Source: Steroidobacteraceae bacterium | GTDB lineage: Bacteria; Pseudomonadota; Gammaproteobacteria; Steroidobacterales; Steroidobacteraceae | Reading direction: 5' to 3' | Assembly: GCA_025458865.1 (NCBI GenBank) | Contig: JALORP010000002.1 | Location: forward strand, 3,812-67,811 | DNA: 64,000 bases | In this document: positions 1 through 11,996 of the stretch, one piece after another | Layout: the number at the start of each line of letters is the position of its first letter | Numbering within the stretch: position 1 is the stretch's first letter | Notes under the pieces: model-generated | What the model saw: the letters and a program-made list of their open reading frames with translations, nothing else | Told to the model about the DNA's origin: nothing | Databases searched by the model: none | Made by a program: the position numbers and the translations under genes

Positions 1-103
1 TGCGATCATTCGGGGGTCTCCTGAACCGTGAAAGGGTGCCGGTACGGCGAGCCGGCCGCTAGCATACTGGCAGCGCCGACACTGCAGAAGACATCCGGCA
101 GCC

Positions 104-1309
104 ATGAGGGTTCCCGCCTTGGTCCCCCCCGAGTCGCCGCGGCACCCCCGGCCGCCGCGCATCGCGCTGGTGCTTCCCGGCGGCGGGGCGCGGTCGGCCT
201 ATCAGGTCGGGGTGCTGAAGGCGATCGCCGGCTGGTACCCGGCCGGTGCGCCGCTGCCGTTTCGGATCCTGTGCGGCACGTCGGCCGGCTCCATCCTCGC
301 CGCCGGGCTCGCCGCCTATGCCTCCCGATTCCGCTGCGGCACGGCCATGCTGGACCGCGTCTGGCGCAGCTTCCACGTCGGGCAGGTGTTCCGCGTGGAC
401 CAGCCCACGATGTTGCGGACCGGCGCCCACCTCCTTCTGGCCCTTGCTTCCGCGGGCCTGCTGCTGTCCCCGCCGCCCGCGGTGTTCGACAACACGCCGC
501 TGCGCCGCTTGCTGGAGGGGCGGGTCAACTTCGCGCGCATCCGCCTGGCGCTGGACGCGGGGCACCTCGACGCGCTCGCGGTGACGGCGACCAGCCTCGG
601 CAGCGGCGACTCCGTTTCCTTCGTCCAGGCCGCCAATGGGTTCGAGCCCTGGATGCGTTCCGGCCGCCGGGGCATCGGCGCCGAGCTCGGCCTCGACCAC
701 CTCATGGCGAGCGCGGCTGTGCCCTTCCTGTTCCCGTCCGTGCCCATGGACAGCGACCACTTCGGCGACGGCGCGATGCGGCAGCTGACGCCGCTCTCGC
801 CCGCGCTGCGCCTCGGCGCGGAGCGCATCCTGGTCATCGGGGTGCGCGAGCCCGGGCGCGCGCCGCTCGGCGCCGCCGTGACGGGCTCGCCCAGCCTCGG
901 CCAGCTGTTCGGCTTCATGCTGGAGACGCTCTTCATGGAGGGCCTCCAGTCGGACCTCGAGCGCCTGCAGCGCACCAACGAGCTGCTGTCCCGGGAGCCT
1001 GCCCGGGGGGCGCCCGGGCTGCGGCGCGTGGAGCCGCTGGTCCTGCTGCCGCGGTCCGACCTGTCGGCGGTGGCGCTGAGGCACATGTCCGAGCTCCCGC
1101 GGAGCCTGCGCATGCTGCTGCGCGCGATGGGCGCGGCGCAGGCGGCCGGCGGCCAGCTCACGTCCTACATGCTCTTCGAGTCGGGCTACACGCGCGCGCT
1201 GATCGAGCTGGGCCGGCGCGACGCCCATTCCCGGCGAGAGGAGATCGAGGCCTTCCTGGGTCTCGGAGCGGCGCGGTCAGACGAGGAACAGGCTGCCCAG
1301 GCCCAGTAG
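104..1309 (+). CDS. patatin-like phospholipase family protein
   Basis: 401-aa ORF with ATG at 104. Patatin hallmarks are visible: oxyanion loop LPGGGARSAY, nucleophile elbow GTSAG, and the catalytic Asp in FGDGAM. Confidence 0.85.
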   Translation: MRVPALVPPESPRHPRPPRIALVLPGGGARSAYQVGVLKAIAGWYPAGAPLPFRILCGTSAGSILAAGLAAYASRFRCGTAMLDRVWRSFHVGQVFRVDQPTMLRTGAHLLLALASAGLLLSPPPAVFDNTPLRRLLEGRVNFARIRLALDAGHLDALAVTATSLGSGDSVSFVQAANGFEPWMRSGRRGIGAELGLDHLMASAAVPFLFPSVPMDSDHFGDGAMRQLTPLSPALRLGAERILVIGVREPGRAPLGAAVTGSPSLGQLFGFMLETLFMEGLQSDLERLQRTNELLSREPARGAPGLRRVEPLVLLPRSDLSAVALRHMSELPRSLRMLLRAMGAAQAAGGQLTSYMLFESGYTRALIELGRRDAHSRREEIEAFLGLGAARSDEEQAAQAQ

Positions 1310-2641
1310 GGCCGCGAAGCCCACCACGTCGGTCACGGTCGTGAGGATCACTCCGCCGGCGAGCGCAGGGTCGATGCGCAGGCGCTTCAGCGAGAGTGGA
1401 ATCAGCACGCCGGCGATCGCGGCCGCCGCGAGGTTGATCAGGATCGCCGCGAAGATCACCGCTGCGATGGTCCAGGAGCCGAACCACAGCCAGGTCGTGA
1501 CGCCGACCACGACCGCCCACAGCAGCCCGTTCAGCGCCGCGACCCCGAGCTCCTTGAAGAACAGCCAGCGCGCGTTCGAGGACTGCACCTGGCCGAGGGC
1601 GATGCCGCGGATGATGAGCGTGACCGTCTGCGTGCCGGCGATGCCGCCCATGCTCGCGACGACCGGCATCAGCACGGCGAGCGCGACGACCTTGTCGATG
1701 GTGGCCTCGAACAGCCCGACCACCCAGGCGGCCAGGAAGGCCGTGACCAGGTTGATGCCGAGCCAGAGCGAGCGCCGGCGCGCGCTGCGCCGCACGCCGG
1801 CGAACACGTCCTCCTCGTCCTCGAGGCCGGCGGCGGCGAGCATCGGGTGCTCGGCCTGCTCGCGGACGATGTCGAGCACGTCGTCGATGGTGATGCGCCC
1901 GAGCAGGCGCCGGCCGTCGTCCACGACCGCGGCCGACACGAGGTCCCGGTCCTCGAACAGCCGCGCGACCTCCGCCGCGGGCGTCGCCGCGGCGATGCCC
2001 GCGATGTCGCGGTCCAGCACGTCCGTCACGAGGTCGTCCTCGTCCGCCGTAAGCAGCCGCGTGACCGGGAGGGCGCCCAGGTACTGGTCGTGGCGGTCCA
2101 CCACGAAGAGGCAGTCCGTGCGCTCCGGCAGCTCGCCGCGCATGCGCAGGTAGCGCAGCACGACGCCGACGGTGACATCGGGGCGCACGCTCACCGTGTC
2201 GGTGTTCATCAGGCCGCCCGCGCTGTCCTCCGCGTAGCCGAGGACGGTGGTCAGCCGCACGCGGTCCTGGTGATCCATGGACCGGAGCACCTGGCGGGTG
2301 ACGGCCTCGGGCAGGTCCCCGAGCAGGTCCGCGAGGTCGTCCACGTCGAGACCCTCGGTCGCGGCCACGATCTCGTGGGTCTCCATCTCGCGCAGCAGCT
2401 CGGCGCGCACGTCCTCGGCCAGCTCGACCAGCACGTCGCCGTCGAGCTCGGGGTCGACCAGCTCCCAGGCGAGCTCGCGCTGCGGCGGTGGCAGCGACTC
2501 CAGCAGGCCGGCGATCTCGGCCGGGTGCATCGCGTTGATCATGCGGCGCGCGCCGCGCAGCGTGCCGCTCGCGAGCGCGTCGCGCAGCGAGGCGAGCCGC
2601 GCGGCGCGATCGGTGCGGGGCGTGTCGGGCAGCGCGTTCAC
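1277..2641 (-). CDS. mgtE: magnesium transporter MgtE
   Basis: 454 aa with the MgtE layout: N-domain, tandem CBS region, and a C-terminal 5-TM channel ending GGVILTTVTDVVGF. GTG start lies 5 nt after the rapZ stop. Confidence 0.9.
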   Translation of the reverse strand: MNALPDTPRTDRAARLASLRDALASGTLRGARRMINAMHPAEIAGLLESLPPPQRELAWELVDPELDGDVLVELAEDVRAELLREMETHEIVAATEGLDVDDLADLLGDLPEAVTRQVLRSMDHQDRVRLTTVLGYAEDSAGGLMNTDTVSVRPDVTVGVVLRYLRMRGELPERTDCLFVVDRHDQYLGALPVTRLLTADEDDLVTDVLDRDIAGIAAATPAAEVARLFEDRDLVSAAVVDDGRRLLGRITIDDVLDIVREQAEHPMLAAAGLEDEEDVFAGVRRSARRRSLWLGINLVTAFLAAWVVGLFEATIDKVVALAVLMPVVASMGGIAGTQTVTLIIRGIALGQVQSSNARWLFFKELGVAALNGLLWAVVVGVTTWLWFGSWTIAAVIFAAILINLAAAAIAGVLIPLSLKRLRIDPALAGGVILTTVTDVVGFAALLGLGSLFLV

Positions 2642-2646
2642 AGGCC

Positions 2647-3513
2647 CTAGGCCCGGGGCTGCAGGCAGGTGTGCCGGGCCAGCACGGCCCGGTGCCGTGC
2701 GCCGAAATGCGCCGCCAGGCGCTCCACCAGGTACACGGAGCGGTGCTGCCCGCCGGTGCAGCCGATGGCCACGGTCAGGTAACCGCGGTTGCCGCGCTCG
2801 AACTCGGGGATGCGTGCCTCCAGGAAGCGGACGAGGTCGGCGAACAGCGCCTCGACCGACGGGCTCGACTCCAGGAAGCGGCGCACCTCGGGATCGCGGC
2901 CGTCGAGCGCCGCCAGGGCGGGCTCCCAGAAGGGGTTGGGCAGCGTGCGGGCGTCGAAGACGAAGTCCGCATCGCCGGGGATGCCGTGCTTGTAGCCGAA
3001 GGACTCGAACAGGATGGACAGCCGTCCCTCGCTCCGCTCGTCCACGCGCTGCCGGACGAGGTCGCGCAGCGCGTGGACGCTCATGGAGGACGTGTCCACC
3101 GCGAGGTCCGCCGAGTCGGCCAGCGGCAGCAGGAGGGCGGATTCGGTCGCGATCGCATCCGCGAGGCTGCGGTCCTCGGCGGCGAGCGGGTGGCGACGCC
3201 GCGTCTCGGCGTAGCGGCGCAGCAGGACCTCATCCGAGGCGCGCAGGTAGATCAGCTCGCAGCGCAGGCCGCTGCGCCGGAGGTCGGCGATCAGCGCGGG
3301 CACCGCCGCGAGTTCCTCCGGCCGGTTGCGCGCGTCGAGGCCAACGCCGAGGCGCCGGTACTGCGGGTCGTCCTTCCTCAGGGTGTGTGCGACCAGCGAC
3401 TGCAGCAGCGCGGCCGGGATGTTGTCTATGCAGAACCAGCCGAGGTCCTCGAGCATGTTGAGCGCAACGCTCTTGCCCGAGCCCGACATTCCGCTGATGA
3501 CGACGAGGCGCAT
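2647..3513 (-). CDS. rapZ: RNase adapter protein RapZ (YhbJ)
   Basis: 288 aa. N-terminus MRLVVISGMSGSGKSVALNMLEDLGWFCIDNIP carries a Walker A motif, and the conserved C-terminal CTGGQHRS motif is present. It sits in the rpoN operon. Confidence 0.9.
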   Translation of the reverse strand: MRLVVISGMSGSGKSVALNMLEDLGWFCIDNIPAALLQSLVAHTLRKDDPQYRRLGVGLDARNRPEELAAVPALIADLRRSGLRCELIYLRASDEVLLRRYAETRRRHPLAAEDRSLADAIATESALLLPLADSADLAVDTSSMSVHALRDLVRQRVDERSEGRLSILFESFGYKHGIPGDADFVFDARTLPNPFWEPALAALDGRDPEVRRFLESSPSVEALFADLVRFLEARIPEFERGNRGYLTVAIGCTGGQHRSVYLVERLAAHFGARHRAVLARHTCLQPRA

Positions 3514-3549
3514 CGGCGCAGCAGGCCGCTCGTGACGCGCCGGGCGGGC

Positions 3550-3864
3550 TCAGCGCCCGCGCGCGACCTCCGCGGCGTGGTGGTCGGTCAGCTTTTCCTT
3601 GTGCTTCTTCACCATGCGGTCGAGCTTGTCGGCGAGCGCGTCTATGGCCGCGTACATGTCGCCGTCGCTCGCGATCGCGTGGATCTTCGCGCCGCTGACG
3701 CCGAGCGTGGCCTCGGCCCGCTGCTCCAGCTTCTCCACGGTCAGCACGCAGTGGACGTCGATCACCTGGTCGAAGTGCCGGACGATGCGGTCGAGCTTCT
3801 TCTCGACGTAGCTGCGCAGCGCCGGGGTGACGTCGATGTGGTGGCCGGTGAGGTTGAGCTGCAT
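3550..3864 (-). CDS. hpf: ribosome hibernation promoting factor
   Basis: 104 aa starting MQLNLTGHHIDVTPALRSYVEKKL, typical of the HPF/YhbH family. It lies immediately downstream of rpoN. Confidence 0.9.
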   Translation of the reverse strand: MQLNLTGHHIDVTPALRSYVEKKLDRIVRHFDQVIDVHCVLTVEKLEQRAEATLGVSGAKIHAIASDGDMYAAIDALADKLDRMVKKHKEKLTDHHAAEVARGR

Positions 3865-3900
3865 GATGTTCTCCTGTTGTGACTGGACGCCCGGGACGCC

Positions 3901-5343
3901 TCAGGCGACCGGCACGCGACGCCGGTCGCTGGAAGAGGCGATTCCCAGCGCCTCGCGGTACTTCGCCACGGTGCGGCGCGCGACCTGCACGCCGTCCTGG
4001 GACAGCAATTCCGCGATCCGGCTGTCCGACAGCGGCTCCGCAGGATCCTCCGCGGCGACCAGCTTCCTGATTTTGGCACGGATCGCCGTGGACGACACCT
4101 CCGCTCCGCCGTCGCCGGCGACGTGGCTGGAGAAGAAGTAGCGGAACTCCAGCACGCCGCGAGGAGTATGCATGTACTTGCCGGTAGTGACGCGCGAGAT
4201 CGTCGATTCGTGCATCTCGACCGCCTCGGCGATGTCCTTCAGCACCATCGGCTGCATGGCCTCGTCGCCGTGATCGAGGAAGGCCGCCTGGCGCTGCACG
4301 ATCGCGCGCGCGACCTTGAGCAGGGTGTCGTTGCGGATCTCGAGGCTCCTCAGCAGCCAGCGCGCCTCCTGCAGCTGGCCGCGCATGACGGCGTGGTCGG
4401 CACCCCGGCTGACCAGGCTCGCGTAGCCCTCGTTGACGCGGATCCGCGGCAGGGCCGAGGGGTTGAGTTCGACCTGCCAGCCGCCCGGCACCCTACGGAC
4501 GTAGACGTCGGGAACGACGTACTCGGTCTCGGCGCGCTGCAGCTGGGAGCCGGGCCGCGGGTGGCATCCGCGCACCAGCAGGAGCGCCGCCTCGAGCTCC
4601 TCGGCGGTGCAGGCCAGCTGGCGACGCAGCACCGGGTAGTCCTGGTCCGCGACGAGCTGCAGGTGCCGCAGCGCGATCTCCCGAGCGAGCGCGAGGCCCG
4701 GCGTGTCCGGATCGAGCGCGGCGAGCTGCAGCCCGATGCACTCCGATACGGAGCGCGCCCCGACGCCGAGCGGATCGAGCTGCTGCACGACGGAGAGCAC
4801 GGCCTCGATCTCGGCCGGCGCGGCCTCGATGTCGGGCGCGAGGGTCGCCGCGATCTCCTCCAGCGAATCCGCGAGGTAGCCGTCGTCGCTGATCGCGTCC
4901 ACGATCGCGCGACCGATGGCGCGCTCGCGCTCGCCCAGGGGCGCCAGCTCGAGCTGCCACAGGAGGTGCTCCACGAGGCTCTGGCCCGACTCGTCGGGCA
5001 GTTCGAGCGCGCGGTCTCCGTCGCCGCCCGACCATGGGCTCTCGGCAACGGCGGCGGTCGGCTCGGGCCAGTCATCCCCGACCTCGACGACAGCCTCCTC
5101 CTCCGCGGGGCCGCGGCCGTCGTCGGGCTCGCCGGGATCCGCCGAGGTCGGCGCCAGCTCCTCGAGCGCGAAGGGTCCCTCGTCGTCGTCCTCGGCCTCG
5201 AGCATCACGTTGCTCTCGAGGGCCTCGCGGATCTGCGCCTGCAGGTCGATGGCGGTCAGCTGCAGGAGGCGGATCGCCTGTTGCAGCTGGGGCGTCATCG
5301 TCAGCTGCTGCCCGAGGCGCAGCTGCAGGGAGGGCTTCATCAT
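3901..5343 (-). CDS. rpoN: RNA polymerase sigma-54 factor
   Basis: 480 aa. Glutamine-rich region I (LQLRLGQQLTMTPQLQQAIRLLQL), an acidic region II, and the C-terminal RpoN box ARRTVAKYRE are all present. Confidence 0.96.
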   Translation of the reverse strand: MMKPSLQLRLGQQLTMTPQLQQAIRLLQLTAIDLQAQIREALESNVMLEAEDDDEGPFALEELAPTSADPGEPDDGRGPAEEEAVVEVGDDWPEPTAAVAESPWSGGDGDRALELPDESGQSLVEHLLWQLELAPLGERERAIGRAIVDAISDDGYLADSLEEIAATLAPDIEAAPAEIEAVLSVVQQLDPLGVGARSVSECIGLQLAALDPDTPGLALAREIALRHLQLVADQDYPVLRRQLACTAEELEAALLLVRGCHPRPGSQLQRAETEYVVPDVYVRRVPGGWQVELNPSALPRIRVNEGYASLVSRGADHAVMRGQLQEARWLLRSLEIRNDTLLKVARAIVQRQAAFLDHGDEAMQPMVLKDIAEAVEMHESTISRVTTGKYMHTPRGVLEFRYFFSSHVAGDGGAEVSSTAIRAKIRKLVAAEDPAEPLSDSRIAELLSQDGVQVARRTVAKYREALGIASSSDRRRVPVA

Positions 5344-5369
5344 GCGGGCAGGTGCGGATCCTGGCGCTG

Positions 5370-6095
5370 CTAGAGACGGAAATCCTGTCCCAAGTAAACC
5401 TCCCGGACCTGCGGGTTTGCAAGGATTTCGTCCGCAGTTCCGGAGGCCAGGATCGCGCCCTGGTTGACGATGTAGGCGCGGCCGCAGATCCCGAGCGTTT
5501 CACGCACGTTATGGTCCGTTATCAGGACGCCGATGCCGCGGTCGGCCAGGTGGCGGACGATGTTCTGGATGTCGTTGACCGACAGCGGGTCCACGCCCGC
5601 GAAGGGTTCGTCGAGCAGCACGAAGGCGGGCTCGGCCGCCAGCGCGCGCGCGATCTCGACGCGCCGGCGCTCGCCGCCCGACAGGCTCATCCCCAGGCTC
5701 TCGCGGATGTGGCCGATGTGCAGCTCCTCGAGCAGCTGCTCGAGGCGGGCCCCGCGGGCGGAGGAATCGAGGCCTGCCCGCGTCTCGAGGATGGCGAGGA
5801 TGTTGTCCTCGACCGTCATGCGGCGGAACACCGAGGCCTCCTGCGGCAGGTAGCCGAGGCCGCGCCGCGCGCGCGAGTGCATGGGCAGGCGCGTCACGTC
5901 CTCGCCGTTCAGCTCGATGCGCCCGCCGTCGCAGGGCACGAGGCCGACGATCATGTAGAAGGCGGTCGTCTTGCCCGCGCCGTTCGGGCCGAGCAGGCCG
6001 ACGACCTCGCCGCTCGAGATCTCGATCGACAGGTCGTTCACCACGGTCCGCTTCCGGTACCTCTTGACGAGGTTGAGCCCGCGCAGCGTGCTCAC
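5370..6095 (-). CDS. lptB: LPS export ABC transporter ATP-binding protein LptB
   Basis: 241 aa with Walker [13 protein letters not shown] signature LSGGERRR and Walker B FVLLDEP. It sits directly upstream of rpoN. Confidence 0.95.
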   Translation of the reverse strand: MSTLRGLNLVKRYRKRTVVNDLSIEISSGEVVGLLGPNGAGKTTAFYMIVGLVPCDGGRIELNGEDVTRLPMHSRARRGLGYLPQEASVFRRMTVEDNILAILETRAGLDSSARGARLEQLLEELHIGHIRESLGMSLSGGERRRVEIARALAAEPAFVLLDEPFAGVDPLSVNDIQNIVRHLADRGIGVLITDHNVRETLGICGRAYIVNQGAILASGTADEILANPQVREVYLGQDFRL

Positions 6096-6751
6096 CGGGG
6101 CTCCACGCTCGGCGGCTCGGCCGGCTTCTCCGGCGCCGGGCGCGGGTTGATGGTGATGCGCACCGGCCGGCCGTCCTGTTCGGCGGCCTCGGCGAGGACG
6201 CGCTGCTCGCGCATGCCGTAGACGAGCCGCGAGCCCGAGATGTCGTTGCGGCCGTCCGAGAGCCAGGCGTCGCCACTGAGACGGACCTGCTGGCTCGCGA
6301 GGTCGTAGTCGATGCGGTCGGCGCGGCCCTCGGCGAGTTGGCCGCCGCGCTGCTGGCGGAAACGCGCCGGGCTTCCGACCACCTCGGCCCCGTCGATCTC
6401 GTTGTTCACGAAGCGCACCGTGGCCGTGTCGCTCTCGAGCGTCGCGCCCTCCGCAGTCATGCGGAACCGGCCCTCGAAGCGCCAGCGGCTGTTCTCGAAC
6501 TCGAGTCCCGTGGCCGTCGCCTGGGCTGCCTCGACGCGCGAGTCGCCCTGCGCGATGCGCACGTTGCGGAACACGAGAACGTTGTTGCGGTAGTCGAAGT
6601 CGGTGGAGTCGGCCTCGACCGTGATGGGCAGGTCGCGCCGGTCAGCGGCCTCCGGGCGCCCCGCCGCGGCGCAGGCGAGCAGGACGACGGCCAGCGCGAG
6701 CGCTGCTGATCGCCCGCGCGGCGTCGAGGCGCTAGGGGAGGAAGCGGCCAT
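6092..6751 (-). CDS. lptA: LPS transport periplasmic protein LptA
   Basis: 219 aa with a signal peptide and OstA-like repeats ([24 protein letters not shown]). The stop overlaps the lptB start, and the gene lies between lptC and lptB. Confidence 0.8.
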   Translation of the reverse strand: MAASSPSASTPRGRSAALALAVVLLACAAAGRPEAADRRDLPITVEADSTDFDYRNNVLVFRNVRIAQGDSRVEAAQATATGLEFENSRWRFEGRFRMTAEGATLESDTATVRFVNNEIDGAEVVGSPARFRQQRGGQLAEGRADRIDYDLASQQVRLSGDAWLSDGRNDISGSRLVYGMREQRVLAEAAEQDGRPVRITINPRPAPEKPAEPPSVEPR

Positions 6752-7283
6752 TGACCAGCGATTCTAGCTGCAGGGTCTCGCCCTTCAAGTCCGCCTGAAG
6801 CCCCTTCGCATGCAGCGAGTGCCGGCCGAAGTCGAGTTCAACCTGCGCCGCGGTGGAGGCGACCCGCGCTTCGGTGTCGAGGGACAGGCTGGGGCTGCGC
6901 AGGACCGCGGGCTGCAGGAGGCCTTCGCCCCGGCCGGTGAGCTCGACGCTGCCCTCCAGTTCGACCACAGGCGCCCCGTGCGCCAGGTGCCCGCGCTCCG
7001 CGGTGACGTGCCACCGCCGCTCCGGCTCGGCGAGGTAATCGATCGTCACGGTCTCGAGCAGGACCGTGCCGGTGCCGGGATCCTCGCTCGCGCGCTCTGC
7101 GGCCAGTTCGTAGCGGACCGCGCCGTCGGCGCCGAATTCCGTCACCGTGGCCGCGCGCAGGTAGTAGCGTGGCGTCTCGGGTATCGCGAGCGGACCTTCC
7201 GCGCCGTCGTTCCTCGCGCCGATGCGCAGCACCAGCACCGCGAGCGCCAGCAGCGCGACGAGCAGCAGTATCCGGGGAATCAC
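6732..7283 (-). CDS. lptC: LPS export system protein LptC
   Basis: The start is internal to track ORF 6732..7472. A GTG at 7283 overlaps the kdsC stop (GTGA) and gives an N-terminal membrane anchor VIPRILLLVALLALAVLVL plus a roughly 180-aa beta-jellyroll-sized body. The call rests mainly on synteny and architecture. Confidence 0.65.
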   Translation of the reverse strand: MIPRILLLVALLALAVLVLRIGARNDGAEGPLAIPETPRYYLRAATVTEFGADGAVRYELAAERASEDPGTGTVLLETVTIDYLAEPERRWHVTAERGHLAHGAPVVELEGSVELTGRGEGLLQPAVLRSPSLSLDTEARVASTAAQVELDFGRHSLHAKGLQADLKGETLQLESLVNGRFLP

Positions 7284-7786
7284 TCGCCCGCCTCGCCGCG
7301 CGCCGCGAGCAGCCAGTCGCAGAACTCCCGCACCGCGCCCGCGCCGCCCGGCCGGCGGGTGACGTAACGGGCCGCGGCGATGACTTCGGGCTCCGCGTCG
7401 GCGACCGCCGCGGGCAGCCCCACCGCGCGCATCAGCGGCAGGTCGGGGGTGTCGTCCACCAGGCAGGCGCAATCGGCGCCCGCGAGGCCGCGCCGCGCGA
7501 GCAGCGCGGCGAGCGCGGCGCCCTTGTCGTCCACGCCCTGCGCGACCTCGGACACGCCGAGCTCGCGCATGCGCGCGGTCACGGCGGGGCTGCTGCGACC
7601 GGAGATGACCGCGACCTCGATGCCCGCGGCGCGCAGGCGCTTGATGCCGAGGCCGTCTCGCACGTGGAAGGCCTTCAGCGCCTCGCCCTCGGCGCCGAAC
7701 CAGAGGCGTCCGTCGGTCAGCACTCCATCCACGTCGAGCACCAGCAGGGTGACGCGCCGCGCCAGCGAGGCGGCCGCGGCGGTCAC
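7280..7786 (-). CDS. kdsC: 3-deoxy-D-manno-octulosonate-8-phosphate phosphatase KdsC
   Basis: This is the C-terminal 168 aa of track ORF 7280..8800. It has the HAD motif I LLVLDVDGVLTDG and GDDxxD-like LVDDTPDLPLM. The GTG at 7786 overlaps the kdsD stop (GTGA). Confidence 0.85.
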   Translation of the reverse strand: MTAAAASLARRVTLLVLDVDGVLTDGRLWFGAEGEALKAFHVRDGLGIKRLRAAGIEVAVISGRSSPAVTARMRELGVSEVAQGVDDKGAALAALLARRGLAGADCACLVDDTPDLPLMRAVGLPAAVADAEPEVIAAARYVTRRPGGAGAVREFCDWLLAARGEAGE

Positions 7787-8763
7787 ATCACACCCGCGCG
7801 CAGCAGGTCGTGCACGTTCAGCGCGCCGACGAGCCGGCCGTCGGCATCGACCACGAGCAGCCCGGTGATGCGGTGCTGTTCCATGAGGTGCACCGCCTCG
7901 GCGGCGAGTTCCTGCGGCCCGATGACCTTGCAGCCGCGGGTCATGACCTCGCCCATGGTGGTGCGGTGGATGTCGACCTGCCGGTCCAGCGTGCGGCGCA
8001 GGTCGCCGTCCGTGAAGATCCCGAGCACCCGGCCGTCGCCATCGGCGATGGCGGTCAGGCCGAGGCCCTTGCGCGACATCTCGAGCAGCCCCTCGGAGAG
8101 GGTGTTGGACTCGCCGACCACGGGAAGTTCCGCGCCGCTTCGCATCAGGTCGCCGACCCGCAGCAGGAGCCGGCGGCCCAGCCGCCCGCCCGGGTGGGAG
8201 CGCGCGAAGTCCTCCGGCGTGAAGCCGCGCTGATCGAGCAGGGCGACCGCGATGGCGTCGCCCATGGCCAGGGCCGCGGTCGTGCTCGCGGTCGGCGCGA
8301 GGTTGAGCGGGCAGGCCTCCTCGGCCACGCCGACGTCGAGGTGGACGTCGGCCTCTCGGGCGAGGGTGGAGCGCGCGTTGCCGGTCATCGCGACGAGCGG
8401 GACATCCATGCGCTTGATCAGCGGCAGGATCGTGAGCACCTCGTCGGTCTCGCCGGAGTTCGACAGGGCGAGGACCACGTCCTGGCGGGTCAACATGCCG
8501 AGGTCGCCGTGGCTGGCCTCGGCGGGATGCAGGAAGAACGAGGGGGAGCCGGTGCTCGCGAGCGTCGCGGCGATCTTGCCGGCCACGTGGCCGGACTTGC
8601 CCATGCCCGTCACCACGATGCGTCCGCGGCAGGCCAGGAACAGGCCGCAGGCGCGCACGAAGTCCGGGCCCAGGCGCTCGGCGAGCGTGGCCACGGCGCG
8701 GGCCTCGATGCCGAGCGCGCGACGCCCGGCTTCCAGCACGCGGGGTTCGTCGGTGGGCGTCAT
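7783..8763 (-). CDS. kdsD: arabinose-5-phosphate isomerase KdsD (KpsF/GutQ family)
   Basis: 326 aa with a SIS domain (VVTGMGKSGHVAGKIAATLASTGSPSFF) followed by tandem CBS domains. Confidence 0.92.
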   Translation of the reverse strand: MTPTDEPRVLEAGRRALGIEARAVATLAERLGPDFVRACGLFLACRGRIVVTGMGKSGHVAGKIAATLASTGSPSFFLHPAEASHGDLGMLTRQDVVLALSNSGETDEVLTILPLIKRMDVPLVAMTGNARSTLAREADVHLDVGVAEEACPLNLAPTASTTAALAMGDAIAVALLDQRGFTPEDFARSHPGGRLGRRLLLRVGDLMRSGAELPVVGESNTLSEGLLEMSRKGLGLTAIADGDGRVLGIFTDGDLRRTLDRQVDIHRTTMGEVMTRGCKVIGPQELAAEAVHLMEQHRITGLLVVDADGRLVGALNVHDLLRAGVM

Positions 8764-8839
8764 CGGCGGGGTCCCGGGGAGCGAAGTTGGCAGCCCGCAT
8801 GATACACCGCGGGCAGCCCGGCCCGCCGTCGCGATGCCG

Positions 8840-9037
8840 CTAGGGTCTGTTTACGCTACGGCGATCGCAGCGTTGCCGCCGGCCTTGCCGGCCGCAACCC
8901 GCAGGGCTGGGCCTGTGGTGGCCCGGGGCTGCGTCTCTCGTCGCTCAAGTACGTAGAGTACATATCGCTCCTCGTTTCTTGCCCCAGGCCACCACAGGCT
9001 CCAGCGCAGCGATCGCCGTAGCGTAAACAGACCCTAG
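8840..9037. repeat. 198-bp imperfect palindrome with perfect 29-bp terminal inverted repeats (MITE-like or large structured element)
   Basis: Positions 8840-8868 (CTAGGGTCTGTTTACGCTACGGCGATCGC) are the exact reverse complement of 9009-9037. A second arm pair, 8911-8929 versus 8981-8999, matches at 18/19. The left arm carries an extra nested hairpin at 8872-8898. The roughly 50-nt centre is lower in G+C. Confidence 0.8.
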
Positions 9038-11825
<2,788 letters not shown>

Positions 11826-11891
11826 GTCTGCCGGATCGGGGCGGTGGCCCGCGGGTTGCTGCACTGCATGATCGGGCGCGTGGCCGGCGTG

Positions 11892-11897
11892 TATAAT
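11892..11897 (+). promoter_or_regulatory. candidate -10 hexamer for petABC
   Basis: A perfect TATAAT lies about 100 nt upstream of the petA ATG in the divergent spacer. No good -35 is present at 17-nt spacing, so this is only a candidate. Confidence 0.3.
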
Positions 11898-11996
11898 GCG
11901 CGCTCCGCCACAGGAACGAAAACGGTGCCGCCCAGGGTCTCGGGGCGCGGCGCCACCGGCGGGTGTGTGCTCGAGACGATCCACGGGGGTTGCCCG

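Noticed and set aside
28-1344. 438-aa plus-strand ORF and 389-aa minus-strand ORF overlapping the patatin gene.
   Set aside because: Only the frame starting at 104 shows the patatin motifs. The others are Arg/Pro/Ala-rich out-of-frame or antisense artefacts.
8840-9037. The large palindrome as a retron msr/msd or other RT-associated ncRNA.
   Set aside because: No reverse transcriptase or any accessory ORF is adjacent. The element is flanked directly by kdsD and ibaG.
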